In this document: one piece after another, positions 51,022 to 64,000 of the stretch
How the letters are laid out: each line of letters starts with the position of its first letter
Position numbering within the stretch: position 1 is the stretch's first letter
Assembly (NCBI RefSeq): GCF_009914755.1
Contig: NC_060941.1
Strand: one strand, 5' to 3'
Length of the DNA: 64,000 nt
Origin: the human T2T-CHM13v2.0 reference genome, Homo sapiens
Made by a program: the position numbers and the translations under genes
Notes under the pieces: generated by a model
The model's database searches: none
What the model was told of the DNA's origin: nothing
Seen by the model: the letters and a program-made list of their open reading frames with translations, nothing else

Positions 51022-52683
51022 ATCTAGTACCTTCTAAAGAGAACTGACTTAAATTTACTTTCTTTTGAACATTTGCAGGGAGTAACATGCCATTGCAGAA
51101 AGTAACAAAAACAGGTCCTATTTCTTTCCCTGTCCTCATCAGTGGAAATCTCTTTGTCACTCTGAGAGAAGGCATGTACCTGGGATACTGATAGGAAGTG
51201 TAGAACACCTTTTCCCCAGAGAAGCAATATTTTGCACTGTTATTAAATATCTTACACGGTAAAGTCAAAAGAATGACCTGATAGCCTCACAAGACTAAAT
51301 TTTAGAGCATGGTTTTGTTTTTGGAAAACTGTGTTGTAAGTGCCAATCAACCAACTTTTGAAAAAATCAAGATACCTAAACTATATATAAATGGGGAGTA
51401 TTCTGTACATATAGACTTATATATAAAGACATCTGTGTTCACGGATGACCCTCAAAATAGTTAATGCCCCACCAGCATAGACCATCTGAATATCAGCCCT
51501 GTCTACACCTATCAATGTATTACAAAATCAGTATAGCTCTACAAAAGAGATCATGCTTATTTCCCCAGATGTATTTGATTTTGTATCATATAATTGTCCA
51601 TGTTATAATTTTTGAAAATGTTTATTAAAATAGCCATCTTTTTTGATATTATTGGTTTAAGAGGTGTGCCAAAAAAAGTAATATGCATAACTTTTAAGAC
51701 TATTACCCTATGTTTGTACGTATGAGTGAATATTGCCCACCAGAGTAGCCATCTTGAGAGACTACATATTTATATTCATAATGCTATTAAATTATTTTTG
51801 CCACTCCTCTTTCAGAAAAGGCTTTAGAATCCACTCCCTCCTCTGAGATGTGTGTCATCATTTGAGAATTCTTACTTAGGTTTTGTTGTTGTTTGTTTTG
51901 CTTTTTACAAAAATCCTTAGCAGATGTTTCCCTCTTTGATTTACCTGCCTTGTTTATCAGATTTTGCACAAAGTTGTGTTTGACAATTTCTAGAAGTTAA
52001 ATCTTCCCTCAGAGCTGGAGTTTTAGCATCATTGACTCTTTGTAAAACGCCATGTCATGGGCTCTGAAGATAATTTCAAATGAAGATTTCCACACCCCGC
52101 CCCCACCACCCCTGCCCAAAGTGCATGATTATTTTTAACCAGAGTCATTCTTCCACCAGAATAAGTGTAATCTCCCAAAATGACTACTTTGAAGGAGATA
52201 GAACCCCCATAAAGGTATATGTTTGTTGATAAAATATCAGGTCATCACGGATTTTGCAAGTGAAAGTCACCTATCTTCTATGATTGAAGGTCCTGATGTG
52301 GGGGAATAATCTATTTTTTCTAAAGACTGTGTTTGGTCACACTGATTTAATCAGAACAAATGGGTTAAATAAGCAGCTTTTATCACAGTTAAGCCATCTG
52401 AAATGGAAACGAGTATGTATGGGCATGGCTTGAAATTGTTTGTATTTTACAGTTCTTGTATATCCTTCAAGCCTAACAAAAAATTGTATGTGCCAGAGAT
52501 TCCTAAACTTTCTGTGTTCAGGGTGCCATTAGTTGTCTTGGTACTTTTTTCATGGTGCCCCAGGTCAAAATATATACTTAATAGTTCAGTGTTTTAAGTA
52601 ATTAGGTCCCAACAGCTTAATAATAGCAGTTTGCACAGTGTCCTGCATATATCACTATATTTCCCTTAAAAATTTCCAGCATT

Positions 52684-52998
<315 letters not shown>

Positions 52999-54226
52999 TT
53001 AGCCTGTGTGTGTTCTGTGGTACCTTGGAATAGCTCAGTACATAATTTGGGGACCACAGATATCTATTATGCCAATGTTTGCACTGTCTGCTGTTGGTGA
53101 CCCTCAAAATGAAATTCTTGGCCACTCAACTCTCCACATTATTTCACTCTTTGTTTTGTTATTATTAGTATTCTTCTTGCTTGCCATTGGCTAATTCATT
53201 TTTTAACTGCAACCCTACTCTTCTTTGCTGTTCATCAGCCCTGCAATGCCGTAGTGTCTTAGTCTAGAAAAATGCAATACTCAAAAGCCCCAGCATTGGA
53301 GGAGGCTGGTGCTAAGATGGACAGGGTTCCTGATTTCTCTCATTGAACTTGATTTAGTGTCTTGGGAATTATAATCTCAAAGGAGGCAGAGAGGGGTTAA
53401 TGTTGCATAATTTATCACTAAAATGTCTTTGTTGACCAAGGGGCTTTATTAATTATGCTCAGAGAAACAATTCTGTTTCTCTTAAAAGTGTCTAACAAAA
53501 CACTTTTTTCTTTGGCCTGAAAGGACAATGGATACCTAGTTCCTAATTTCCTACCCAAATGCTGTTTTGGCTGTGTTACTCCCTCTGCCCTCGAAGCTAA
53601 GATTTATATATTTACAAAATTTATTGGAGCTGGTAGTCAGATCTAGTAAAATGGATTAAATGTCAATTGTGCTGGGATTTTGCCTTAACATCTATCTATG
53701 ACTTGAAGAGGGATTTGTTGGCTCAAAGGATCTTCTGCTTTTAATGAATTAGCAAGTGAAAAGGTATTTGAATAAATGTCAACTTCATAGGACTTTTTTT
53801 TTTTTTAACTTTTCAAATGGAAGGTGCAGTTTTCAATTAGGCCTCTGAAAATTTACATAGTCAGATGGAAAAATGCCAGAGTAAAATCTAGGAAGAAGGA
53901 GCTACCAGACCCGATAGAATAGAAAGAAAGCTATTTTATTCTCGGAGGTCTATGTTCCTCTTGTGTTTGAGTGCCTCTAGCACTGTTAAATGTGCTGACA
54001 GCTAAAGATGCTCTTTGGGTTTTTTTTTTGGCTTTAATTTGGGTACTATGGATTCTTTTGGGAATTTGTTGAAAGCTAGGACCTTTTCCCCAGGAAAATT
54101 TACATTGTATATGAAGCACATAATTTTGCAAACTTTTTTTGGTTGTTGTTGGGAGGGGGTTGCAGTTTATATACTCCACGGGGTTAGTAGCTCTGTTCTG
54201 TAGAATATTGACTGTGACATCCTAGA

Positions 54227-54452
54227 CCACGGTTGGCAAACTTTTTCTGTATAGGACCAGATAGTAAATATTTTTGGCTTTGTGTGTTATACCATCTCTG
54301 TCACAGTTACTCAGCTCTGCTGTTGTATCATGAAAGCATCTATACGCAATACACAAATGAATGAGCCTGGTGGCTGTGTTCCAATAAAACTTTATTTACA
54401 AACCAAGCAATGGGCCAAATTTGGCCCACAGGCCATGGTTTGCCAACACCAG
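54227..54452. mobile_element. MER58A-like element in the 3'UTR
   Basis: Terminal inverted ggttggcaaac / gtttgccaaca; internal consensus. Confidence 0.85.
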
Positions 54453-57400
54453 TCTTAGAGCATTAAATATAAAACTCTGATTAACTAGATATGTAGAGTT
54501 CTTCCATTTTAGTGACTATTGAGCTCAGCTGCTGTTGAGGCAGATTAGGAAGATGGACATAGGAAACTGGATTCAGAAAGGATGAGGACTGTTTAGTCCC
54601 ATGAAAGTTGCTTGTTAATGTCCTCAGGTAAGTATGAATTGTTCTGGAAGCTGATAGAACAATTTTCTTCAGATCAAACTGAAGTACTTACTTTTTCCAT
54701 TTCTATGCAATCACCAACATAATTTACTTCAATTTGGAAATAAATGTCACAGTTCTCTTAGTTGTTAACTGTATCCTTGGCTTAGGTTATTTGCATTTTC
54801 TTTCTTTCTTTCTGTAGTGTGGTTTATACACAAGGAGAATCACGAACCCAGACACTAGTCAATCTCTCTATTCCCTGACTTGTACTGAGATTGGGGAATT
54901 TGGGAGGTCAGACTTACCTCAAACGTAGAAGAAGGCAGATAGAGTTCTTAACCTTTTCCAACTTAGCCACCTCAATTATTTGTTCACATTTTAAGGAAGT
55001 AGGAAAGAGTAGTTTGAAGTCACAAAATTTGTTCTCAGGTGTTCTTAAAGCTCCCTGTTCTCACTGCGACAGAAGACTCAGGCCTACTCATTTTGTGCTG
55101 TCCCACAAAAGTGAGAGGAGTACTTCTCTTTTTTTAAATCATCAGTAAATTTCAATTTTAAGGGGCCTATGCAAAATGCCTCCTTTCTGATGTGATTTTC
55201 TTGGGTTGCTGGCCCTAGTTGAATTTATGGGCCCTGAAGCCTCTAGTGGAAATCTTGTCTTCCCTATAGAACGAGAACAGCTATGTAATTTGCTTCACCT
55301 TCTGTTAGGACTTGCACCCTCTTTGCCATACAGAATGCTATAAAAAGGACAGTCTGCCAGTGACCGAAGCTTTCTCATTTTTTTTTCTTCCAGAACAATA
55401 GCACACATCTTGGTTAAAGCTATAGTCTCCTTATTATTCAGAAATATTCTTTTTCCTGCTGCACCATTAGGCAAACATACATTATGCTTAGAATGATACT
55501 TGGAAACTCCTTAACAGGGCATATTGAAGTATTTGATCCAGCAACTTACCTAAAAGAATGTTTGCTCTTCACCTAGGGAAATAAAACCTGAATTTCAGAG
55601 CCTTCAAAATGAAATTATCCTTCCAGGGGAAGCACATTGCCACCAAATACATCACTCACTACCTGTTCCTGGTGACTACATAGAAGATGTGTTATTTTTC
55701 TGAGGTTTAGAAAGTCACTGTTTACAGCTATGCAAATATTGTACTATTACAGATTTTTCTAATGAAGTAGTTTGAAATCAAGGCTTTAGTGGAAGGTAAT
55801 CTTTTCAGTTTCTGACCCAGATTTCTTTTTCAAGCAAAACTCCTCTGAAAGCCTCTTTGCTATAGAGGTGATGAAGGCACTTGCTAGCCTAAGCAGAAAC
55901 ATAAAGTAAAAAATTTTGTAGTAGGGAATTTTTGTTGGTAAGAAATCAGTATCATCTTGTAACACAAACACGTGTTAATAGAACTTAAAAATACTCAGCC
56001 TAATTCCTTGGGACTTTCAGTATCTTGACATCACTTGTATTATCATTTGAACTTGGACATTGAGCCCTTTATTTTTGGGAGTTTACAGTTAAATTTTGGA
56101 AGAATTGTGTTGTATTTCTTTCTTAGATGTTGTCAGTATGAACAGAATTTTTTTGTGGACAGTTAATCTTGATGTGCTCCATAGCTTTCTCCAGTTTACA
56201 CTTTTGCATTTCTGAGATTCAGGGTCTTTTTCAAGGAAGGAGGCTAATGTTTAAGGCCTGGAGGCTGAATTCAGGGAGCGTATTGGCAAGTTTAGGCACT
56301 TACTTGTGTCTTAATGTGGGAAACAGAACTTTCTAAGTAATCTCTGGAGTTTGTAGCTTAGACCAGGCCTTCAAAAGTCTTTTCTGTTTTCCTTTGCTAC
56401 AATTTGCTTGTTATTTCTCTGCCGGTCACAGATGACCTGGACTGACTGAATGCTTTTGTGGTAAGGAACTGATCTGGCCATTTTCATATAACAAAAATCA
56501 AAGTCAACAATTTTGTATCAGGCTGCCTAAATGAACCCTATTGTTTCCAGTTCTTAAAAATTTAAGGGCTATCTAAGAAAAGTTTAAGCAAAACCCTCAT
56601 TCCAAACATGCGACCTTATAATAAGAACTTCCTTTAAAGATGAGCAGCAAGGTTGGGTATCTGATTTCACTAAGTAATATTCTATTGTGGTCAGAAATGG
56701 GTAATTTGCATCATTTGGTCACTATCAATATTTGTGTTGGAGTCTGCAAGATATTTCAACAAAGTAAGCCAAACCACTATCTTAGGGGATTGTTGCTGGA
56801 CTTTGGAATATAAGGCTGAACAGTGATGTGAAGTCATGTTTGGGGGCTGGAAGAAGTGATAAATGCAAAGGTTGGTGCTAAATTAGGAACCCCTTGAAGG
56901 AGCAAGCTGATTAAAAAAAAAAGCTGGCAGACAAGTATATCTTTTAATTTATTTGCAGTGTTGCTATATTATAGAGATGATTTCCTATGGGAAAACCCAT
57001 CAAAAAGCCAAACCTTTATTGTTATTTTTCCTTAAAAATACTGAGCTATAAGAAGATTCAGAGAGTGGCATTAATTTGGGCATCAGAACATTTTCTTTTG
57101 TATCCCTAGTGTTATTGATTTGAAAGAGTTACCTTTTCAGACAGATGGCTGAACAAAAGTAAATGATTAACGGGAAATTTGATGGTTGAGAAAAAGGAAC
57201 GATATGCCTAAAGCATTTTGAGAATATACCCCTCATCCATCAGCCACCTCTGGGTAAAGAAACACAAATACCAAAGCCTGAGCTCCTTAACCTTTTGTTC
57301 CAGAGGGCAGACATTTTTAAGAAAGGTGAATGTTAGAGAAGGTTACCTGATGAGCAAGCTTCTTTCCCATAATTCAGAGAACTGTGAATGTACTTAGAAA

Positions 57401-60400
57401 TACACTACAGGTCTTCACCAGATGAACTAGATTTTATAATTTTAAAATATAATACTGAAAGCTAGTTTGAAGTTTCAGAAGCCATGAATTATGGGGAAGG
57501 AGTAGTTTTTTATTTTATTTTATTTTTCTGATCTCAAGTTGTTTGTCCTGTTGTATGTTCAATACTTGGGGAGATAAGAGCGAGGTACAGCTGTGGTTTT
57601 CAGACCATATTCAGTGGTGCCCCTGAGGGTCTCTTGTGAACAGAAGGGAAAAAGAGTGTGATGAAGGTGAACTCTGCCTATCTGAACCTCTGTCAACCTC
57701 CAGTCAGAATATCTGGCTTCTAGTATTGTTCCTTTTAACTGGAAGTCTCTGTGGCCATTAAAAACTTGGGAACGTTGGATTAAATGACCACTTTAGGACT
57801 TTAAACAGTCTCAAATATGGGAAATTTTATAGCCAACCACGGCTGTGAGTCCCTGGCTTTTGCCGTACTGAGTATGCTCACAGAGATAGGGAGATAGGTG
57901 GCCAGAAGACAGGGTCATTTAATTTTAATTGAGCATAAATCATTTTGAAAGAAAAATGCAAGGAATTGTTGTATGACAGCCATGCATTATAGATCCTTAC
58001 ATGCAACATTTTCCTAAAGTGGTTGAGAATGACCTGATCTTTGTTCACCGTCTCAGTGACAAGGCGTGGAGTGACTGGGCTCTTCATATGCAGTGGAATT
58101 TTTGCATCTCTAGGTTTGCAGAGGCAGGAGTTACCGTTTTTGTTCATTGACCTATCAGAAAAAAGCAAATCCTTTGGACAATGTTGACACAGACAGGGGT
58201 ACGGTCTGAGACTCAAGCTAACAGAGCTACCCCTTGCTGCCTTTTGCAAAGGTGTTGTAGGTGGAGAAGGGTAATGGAAACCTGGTACAGCCTTTAGAAG
58301 TTGGAAGCTATGGTGGTGTATCTGTCATGAACTGCACACAAGGGAATGCTTAAACACCAGCTGAGTCATATCAGGTGCCTTGTACACACACATAAAGAGT
58401 CTGGTGAATTCTGACAGTGTTCTGTTTGCCACTAGAGCAAATTTAATAGCTGGGGTTTCACAGCAACTGTTTTAGAAAACTATATGTGCCAAAAATTTAC
58501 ATTGGGCAGCAGTTTATAGTGTTCTTGGCCAATCTGCATAAAAGCCACTTGAGGAGGTTTGATTAAGAAAATTGTGTTTATCTCCTGTATTACCTCTGTG
58601 TTTGATTTATTCTTTAGTCTCAAATTTATTTTCTGAGTGGACTGATTTTCTATATGAACTGAAATGATGTTTTAATAGAATAATAGGTATTTTTAGAGGA
58701 AAAGTATTTTTTTGTGTAATTTGCTTACACAACTAGGACATACTTCCTATGATACTGAATCATCAAATTGAGTCATTTAAAGCTGAAAGAGGTGTTAGGA
58801 ATGTAGTTTCACATTATTTAAATACATGAACAGTTTTCTATATATTTTGTGAAAATCTTGATGAGACACTAGAATTTCTTTATGGAATTGAACTTTACAA
58901 GAATTTTAATAAAAGAGGTGGATTTCTTCAGCTTTCTTTGTGCTTCAGTTTCATAGCTGAAAATGCTGCTTCCGTTTATTAATATGGACTTTGTAAGGAA
59001 ACACAACAACACGTTTTCTTACCTTCTGTAAATTTTGTGATAGACACATGTTATTTGTATATATGATTGATTGTTTGCCTGTTGCACCCTAAAGTTATTT
59101 TCAAACCATGTTTATTGCAAAGAGAGCCTTTGGGCAAGTGGAAAATGCCCTGATGCTAGAATGAGGTAGTTCCATAAGCTAGTTAGGAGCTTGCTACCTC
59201 TTCTTGGTACCTGAAATATTCTGAAAGGATATCGGAGAGGTCCTATGCACCCCTGTCTTTCAAAACCCACCTCCAGCACTTCAAAGTAGTGTCTCTGGAG
59301 AGTTTAAAATAAAAGAATGAATGCTATTCAGTGGATTCCCTCATTGAGGCTCCCATCTTTCCTGCCAGGTGCAGCTTTTTCTGGTTGGAATCATCTCTTC
59401 TTTACGGATTGCCGCATTGTCTCTTTGTGAATGAGGCAGGCTGAACTGTAGAGCATGAAACTCATTAGAAGTTTATAAAGTAAAGACCTGTAAAGCATGT
59501 GGGTGGAATGTTTCCATGCTCTTGAGGTGAATATTAAATTTAAATTCTGGCCTTTGGGAACTCTTTGCTTGTGAGCTGAAGAAGGAAAGAAGGAGTTGGG
59601 GGTGTATATCTAACTGTGTTTTTCTATATGGAAATATATGAGCATCAAGTGATAACTTCAATAAGGCCTCAGGATTGTATTTAAAATACCTGTTTTGTGG
59701 GACAGCATGCCTTTGTTTTCTTTGCCTGTTGGCTTTGGTGGCTCCAAACATTTTCATTTTAGGCTAGCTTTCCTGTCACCCAGGTTGTGTGCATTTTTTT
59801 TTTCATTTGAACTATTGTTTATCATTATTAATGATGTTATCTCCAAATCCCAAAGCCAAGGAAATAGCCAGTATGCAGGACTTGCAGTAGATATAAGCAT
59901 TGGTGTTAACATAGGTTAAGTTTTGTTAGTGTTCCCAGAAATATACTGAATTGAGGGATAATGTAGCTTTAAAGAAATTATGTTTCTTTTTAACATTTGG
60001 AGAAGCCACCTGTCCTGGGTCCCTATTCTTGAGAAATTCATCTTTTCATGCAAATAACATTGATGGGGGACAAGACTGGATGATTGACTTCTATCAGTCA
60101 GTAGACAAGGAAGTATAATAATTGCCAAAGGTGAGGGTAATTTTGCCTTACAAGTATGTAGGTCATTCTGTGGTGGGATTTCCCATCACATCTAGTAAAA
60201 AACAACCTTTTCATTTCCCTCCTTTCTAATCCAAGATCATATTTTTAAAAAGTAGGTTTCTGATGTGCCATGAAATATTTCTGTGAATCTGTGTTTTTGA
60301 CCAAGGAAACAGCTGAGATATTAAACCATGTGGTTGTTCCACGGTTCATCTGGCTACCGTTCTGGGTCCCCTCTGACCACCTCAAAAAGAAAATGAAATT

Positions 60401-60776
60401 GGGAGATTAAATCAAGCTTGACCTCCTCTTTTAATGAGGAACTTTCACGTTGACTTCCTATCTCAGGATATTCTTCAGTTTCATACTGCTGAGGAGAAAG
60501 GAACAAGCTGCAGACACTGTAACTGGTCTCCAGATGTGTGTATATGCGTGTAAAACTTCACACCGTGTGTGTTGTGTTCAATGTTGTGTCAATCTACAAA
60601 CTGACTCAAACAACAGTTTAACGATAGAGAAGACAGTGATAATGGCAAAAAAAACACCCAACCACCTTTTTCCGTCAAAGTGCTTGCTATGGCTTTCATA
60701 GCTGGGACAAGTAACATTAAGTATTCAGGAGCAAAGTGTTCTTGAAAGAAAATGGTGTGTTGATCTCATAAGAAAA

Positions 60777-60840
60777 TGTACAACCAATAAAAGACATTTT
60801 AAAAAGCGTAGTGAGTCTGTACATTAATTGAGTTGTTGGA
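60777..60840 (+). terminator. Distal polyadenylation signal
   Basis: TGTA (60777-60780), AATAAA (60786-60791), then GT-rich gtagtgagtctgt...gagttgttgg. Confidence 0.8.
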
Positions 60841-60998
60841 AACCCTATATTCCAGGAACATGGTATAAAAGGCTCTCCCGGTAAAAGCTTTCCTGGACTA
60901 TATATTCTTGTTATTCTTTCTCTATGCTTTTCCTATTTCTACCACCGCACTTCCCAAACAGACTAGAACAAAACCTAACAACACAACAGTATTGCAGT

Positions 60999-61351
60999 CG
61001 TATTAGTCTGTTTTCATGCTGCTGATAAAAACATAACTGAGACTGTGCAATTAACGAAAGAAAGTGGTTTAATGTACTCACAGTTCCACGTGGCTGGGGA
61101 GGCTTCACAATCACAGTGTAAGACGAAAGGCATGTCTCAACATGGTGGTAGACAAGAGGAGAGAGAGAGCCCAGCAAAAGGGTAACCCCTCATAAGACCC
61201 TCAAATCTCTTGAGACTTACTCACTCTCATGAGAACAGTATGAGGGAAACTGCCTCCATGATTCAATTATCTCCCACTGGGTCCCTCCCACAACACATGG
61301 GAATTATGGGAGCTAAAATAATTTGGGTGGGGACACAGCCAAACCATATCA
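60999..61351 (-). mobile_element. THE1 (MaLR) solo LTR
   Basis: gtattagtctgttttcatgctgctgataaa ... ggggacacagccaaaccatatca. Confidence 0.9.
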
Positions 61352-61385
61352 GCCGCCCTGAAGACTCATTAGAAAATCATTTCAA

Positions 61386-61702
<317 letters not shown>

Positions 61703-61708
61703 TTCTAG

Positions 61709-62033
<325 letters not shown>

Positions 62034-62304
62034 TCAGACTCAATATTATTATAGGCAGCCTAGGTTGGAAGTGAAGGCCAAGATTTTATTATTAAAATCA
62101 GATGGCTTTTGGTGAGGATGAGTCCAGATGGATCAAATGAAAAGATTAAGACCAACTGTCTTTTGGCTTCCATGTGTTGCTGACACTGAACTATGGGGCC
62201 AAACTAGTCATTCAAGTTTTTCCTGGTCCTATAGGTGTAATATTAGGATATTTGCTTTACATGATCAGTCAGTGCCATGATCCAGATGTTCTGGGAAAGA
62301 AAAT

Positions 62305-62380
62305 CTTAGTACAAGTAAATATGGTTGTACTTAGTACAAGTAAATATAGTTGTACTTAGTACAAGTAAATATAGTACAAG
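62305..62380. repeat. 25-bp tandem repeat, about 3 copies
   Basis: cttagtacaagtaaatatRgttgta starting at 62305, 62330 and 62355. Confidence 0.92.
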
Positions 62381-62556
62381 GCACAGTTCTCTGATTTCTC
62401 CTATAAATGGAGGGACTAGATCCATTTGACTTGTATCCATATTAATCCAGTTTAGAGAAAAATTGCTAGACCTGAGTGTTCCTGTTTGAGTGGATCACCA
62501 GTTATACCAGGAAGCACACATTTATCTCTAGCTTGCTGCTTTTGTTTTTCTCAAAC

Positions 62557-63100
62557 TTTTTTTTAATTTTATTTTTATTTTAAGTTCCAGGGTACATGTG
62601 AAGGGTGTGCAGGTTTGTTACACAGGTAAACTGTGTGCCATGGTGATTTGCTGCACCTATCAACCTTCCACCTAGATATTAAGCCCAGCATGCATTAGCT
62701 ATTTTTCCTAATGTTCTTCCTCCCCCCACCCCCTACTTCCCAGCTTAGTGTGTGTTGTTCCCCTCCCTGTGTCCTTGTGTTCTCATTGTTCAGCTCCCAC
62801 TTATGAGTAAGAACACGCGGTGTTTGGTTTTCTGTTCCTGTGTTAGTTTGCTGAGGATAATGACTTCCAGCTCCATCCATGTCCCTGCAAAGGACATGAT
62901 TTCATTCCTTGTTATGGCTGCATGATATTTTGTGGTGTATATGTGCCACATTTTCTTTATCCATTCTATCATTGATGGGCATTTGGGTTGATTCCATGTC
63001 ATTGCTATTGTGAATAGTGCTGCAGTGAACATATGCGTGCATATATTTTTGTAAAAGAATGATTTATATTCCTTTGGTTGTATATCCAGTAATGGGATTC
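62557..63100 (-). mobile_element. L1PA 3' end (5'-truncated)
   Basis: Minus ORF MFTAALFTIAMTWNQPKCPSMIEWIKKMWHIYT = ORF2 C-terminus, followed by L1PA 3'UTR. Confidence 0.92.
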
Positions 63101-63689
63101 TAGTTTGCTTCTTAAACAGACTGATGCTGCTGAATCAGAAGTAGATTTTTAAAAAGCCCTTGGTGTTTCACGTCAGATTTAAATCATTTCAAGAGTTAGA
63201 ATCCAAAGGAGAGGGCTCACTCTACTTCTGTGTACGTTACTCAAATGACTTCCCAGGGACCATGAACTCTATTATGCTGACTTTGGAGTCCTTCTCCCCT
63301 AAACTGTATCAAGACTGTCATAATCCTTCATCATTCTTAAGTGACAGGCCTTCCTTGACATTACAAATTTTAAGTTCCTATAAGGGTGCAGGTATGTGGA
63401 GAGGGAGGGCATGAACAAACATGATTCTCAGACATCACATGTGAAGGTTATTTTATCCACTTCTCCACAGCCATTCTTGATTTTTATATAATTAGATTTT
63501 GAAGTATTTTTCTTTTGATTTGGATAATTCCATCTTTTCCCCTCCTCATGTTGACTGATACTAATTTGCCCCATCAGAATGATTCCCTGTTTACTCAAGA
63601 TTTTGTAGGAAACTGAATTAAAGTAGAAAATGGAGAAAGGAAATTGGGTTAATAACAAAAGCATTTTGGGGTTGTTTCTTGATGTTTTG

Positions 63690-64000
63690 GTTATGTACTT
63701 AAACACAGCAAACCCAAAAACTTAGTAGCTTAAAACAACAGTTTATTACTGACAATCTTGAGGGTTGACTGGGCTCAGCTGAGTGGTTTTGTTTGGTGTT
63801 TCTCATGCATGTGTTGTCAGATGGTGGCTGGGGTGAGAGTCTTGGAGGGCTTTGTCCATCACATGTCTGGTGTCTGGACCAGGGGAGCTGGAATATCCAG
63901 GGGCCAGTGGAGCATCTCTTGCTTCATGTGGCCTCTCTATGTGGCTAGATTGGGTTGCTCATAGCCTGGGCATCTCATAGTAGTTGGAATTCTTTCATGG
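63690..64000 (-). mobile_element. MLT1 (older MaLR) LTR, runs off the window
   Basis: acttagtagcttaaaacaaca...gggttgactgggctcagctg..tggtt. Confidence 0.7.

Noticed and set aside
62305-62380. CRISPR-like repeat array
   Set aside because: Units are contiguous with no unique spacers, there are no cas genes, and the context is human

Overview
Human (primate) genomic DNA, rich in Alu, L1 and LTR repeats. It holds the 3' part of MAP2K6 (MKK6/MEK6, the p38 MAPK kinase) on the + strand. Coding exons 2-12 (12723-48698) were located by hand. All have GT-AG junctions and splice into one intact frame ending ...KLILGD-TAA; canonical exon 1 (MSQSK) lies upstream of the window. A candidate internal first exon ends at 9628 and carries an in-frame stop, so translation would start at Met57 and give the known short 278-aa form lacking the p38 docking site. 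The last exon appears to run about 12.1 kb to a well-formed poly(A) signal at 60786. The rest is intronic or flanking repeat: about 31 Alu pieces, L1 fragments, solo LTRs, hAT MER elements, MIR/L2 and microsatellites. Almost all ORF-track entries are Alu/L1 or chance ORFs. I found no convincing new multi-gene system. The best leads are regulatory or structural: a UAAUG stop-start uORF on Met57, a very long Alu-depleted 3'UTR, a near-adjacent inverted Alu pair and an antisense THE1 LTR just past the poly(A) site, a perfect 24-bp palindrome, an Alu-internal 97-bp duplication and a forkhead-motif minisatellite. Repeat family names are from recall, not a database search, and their boundaries are approximate.
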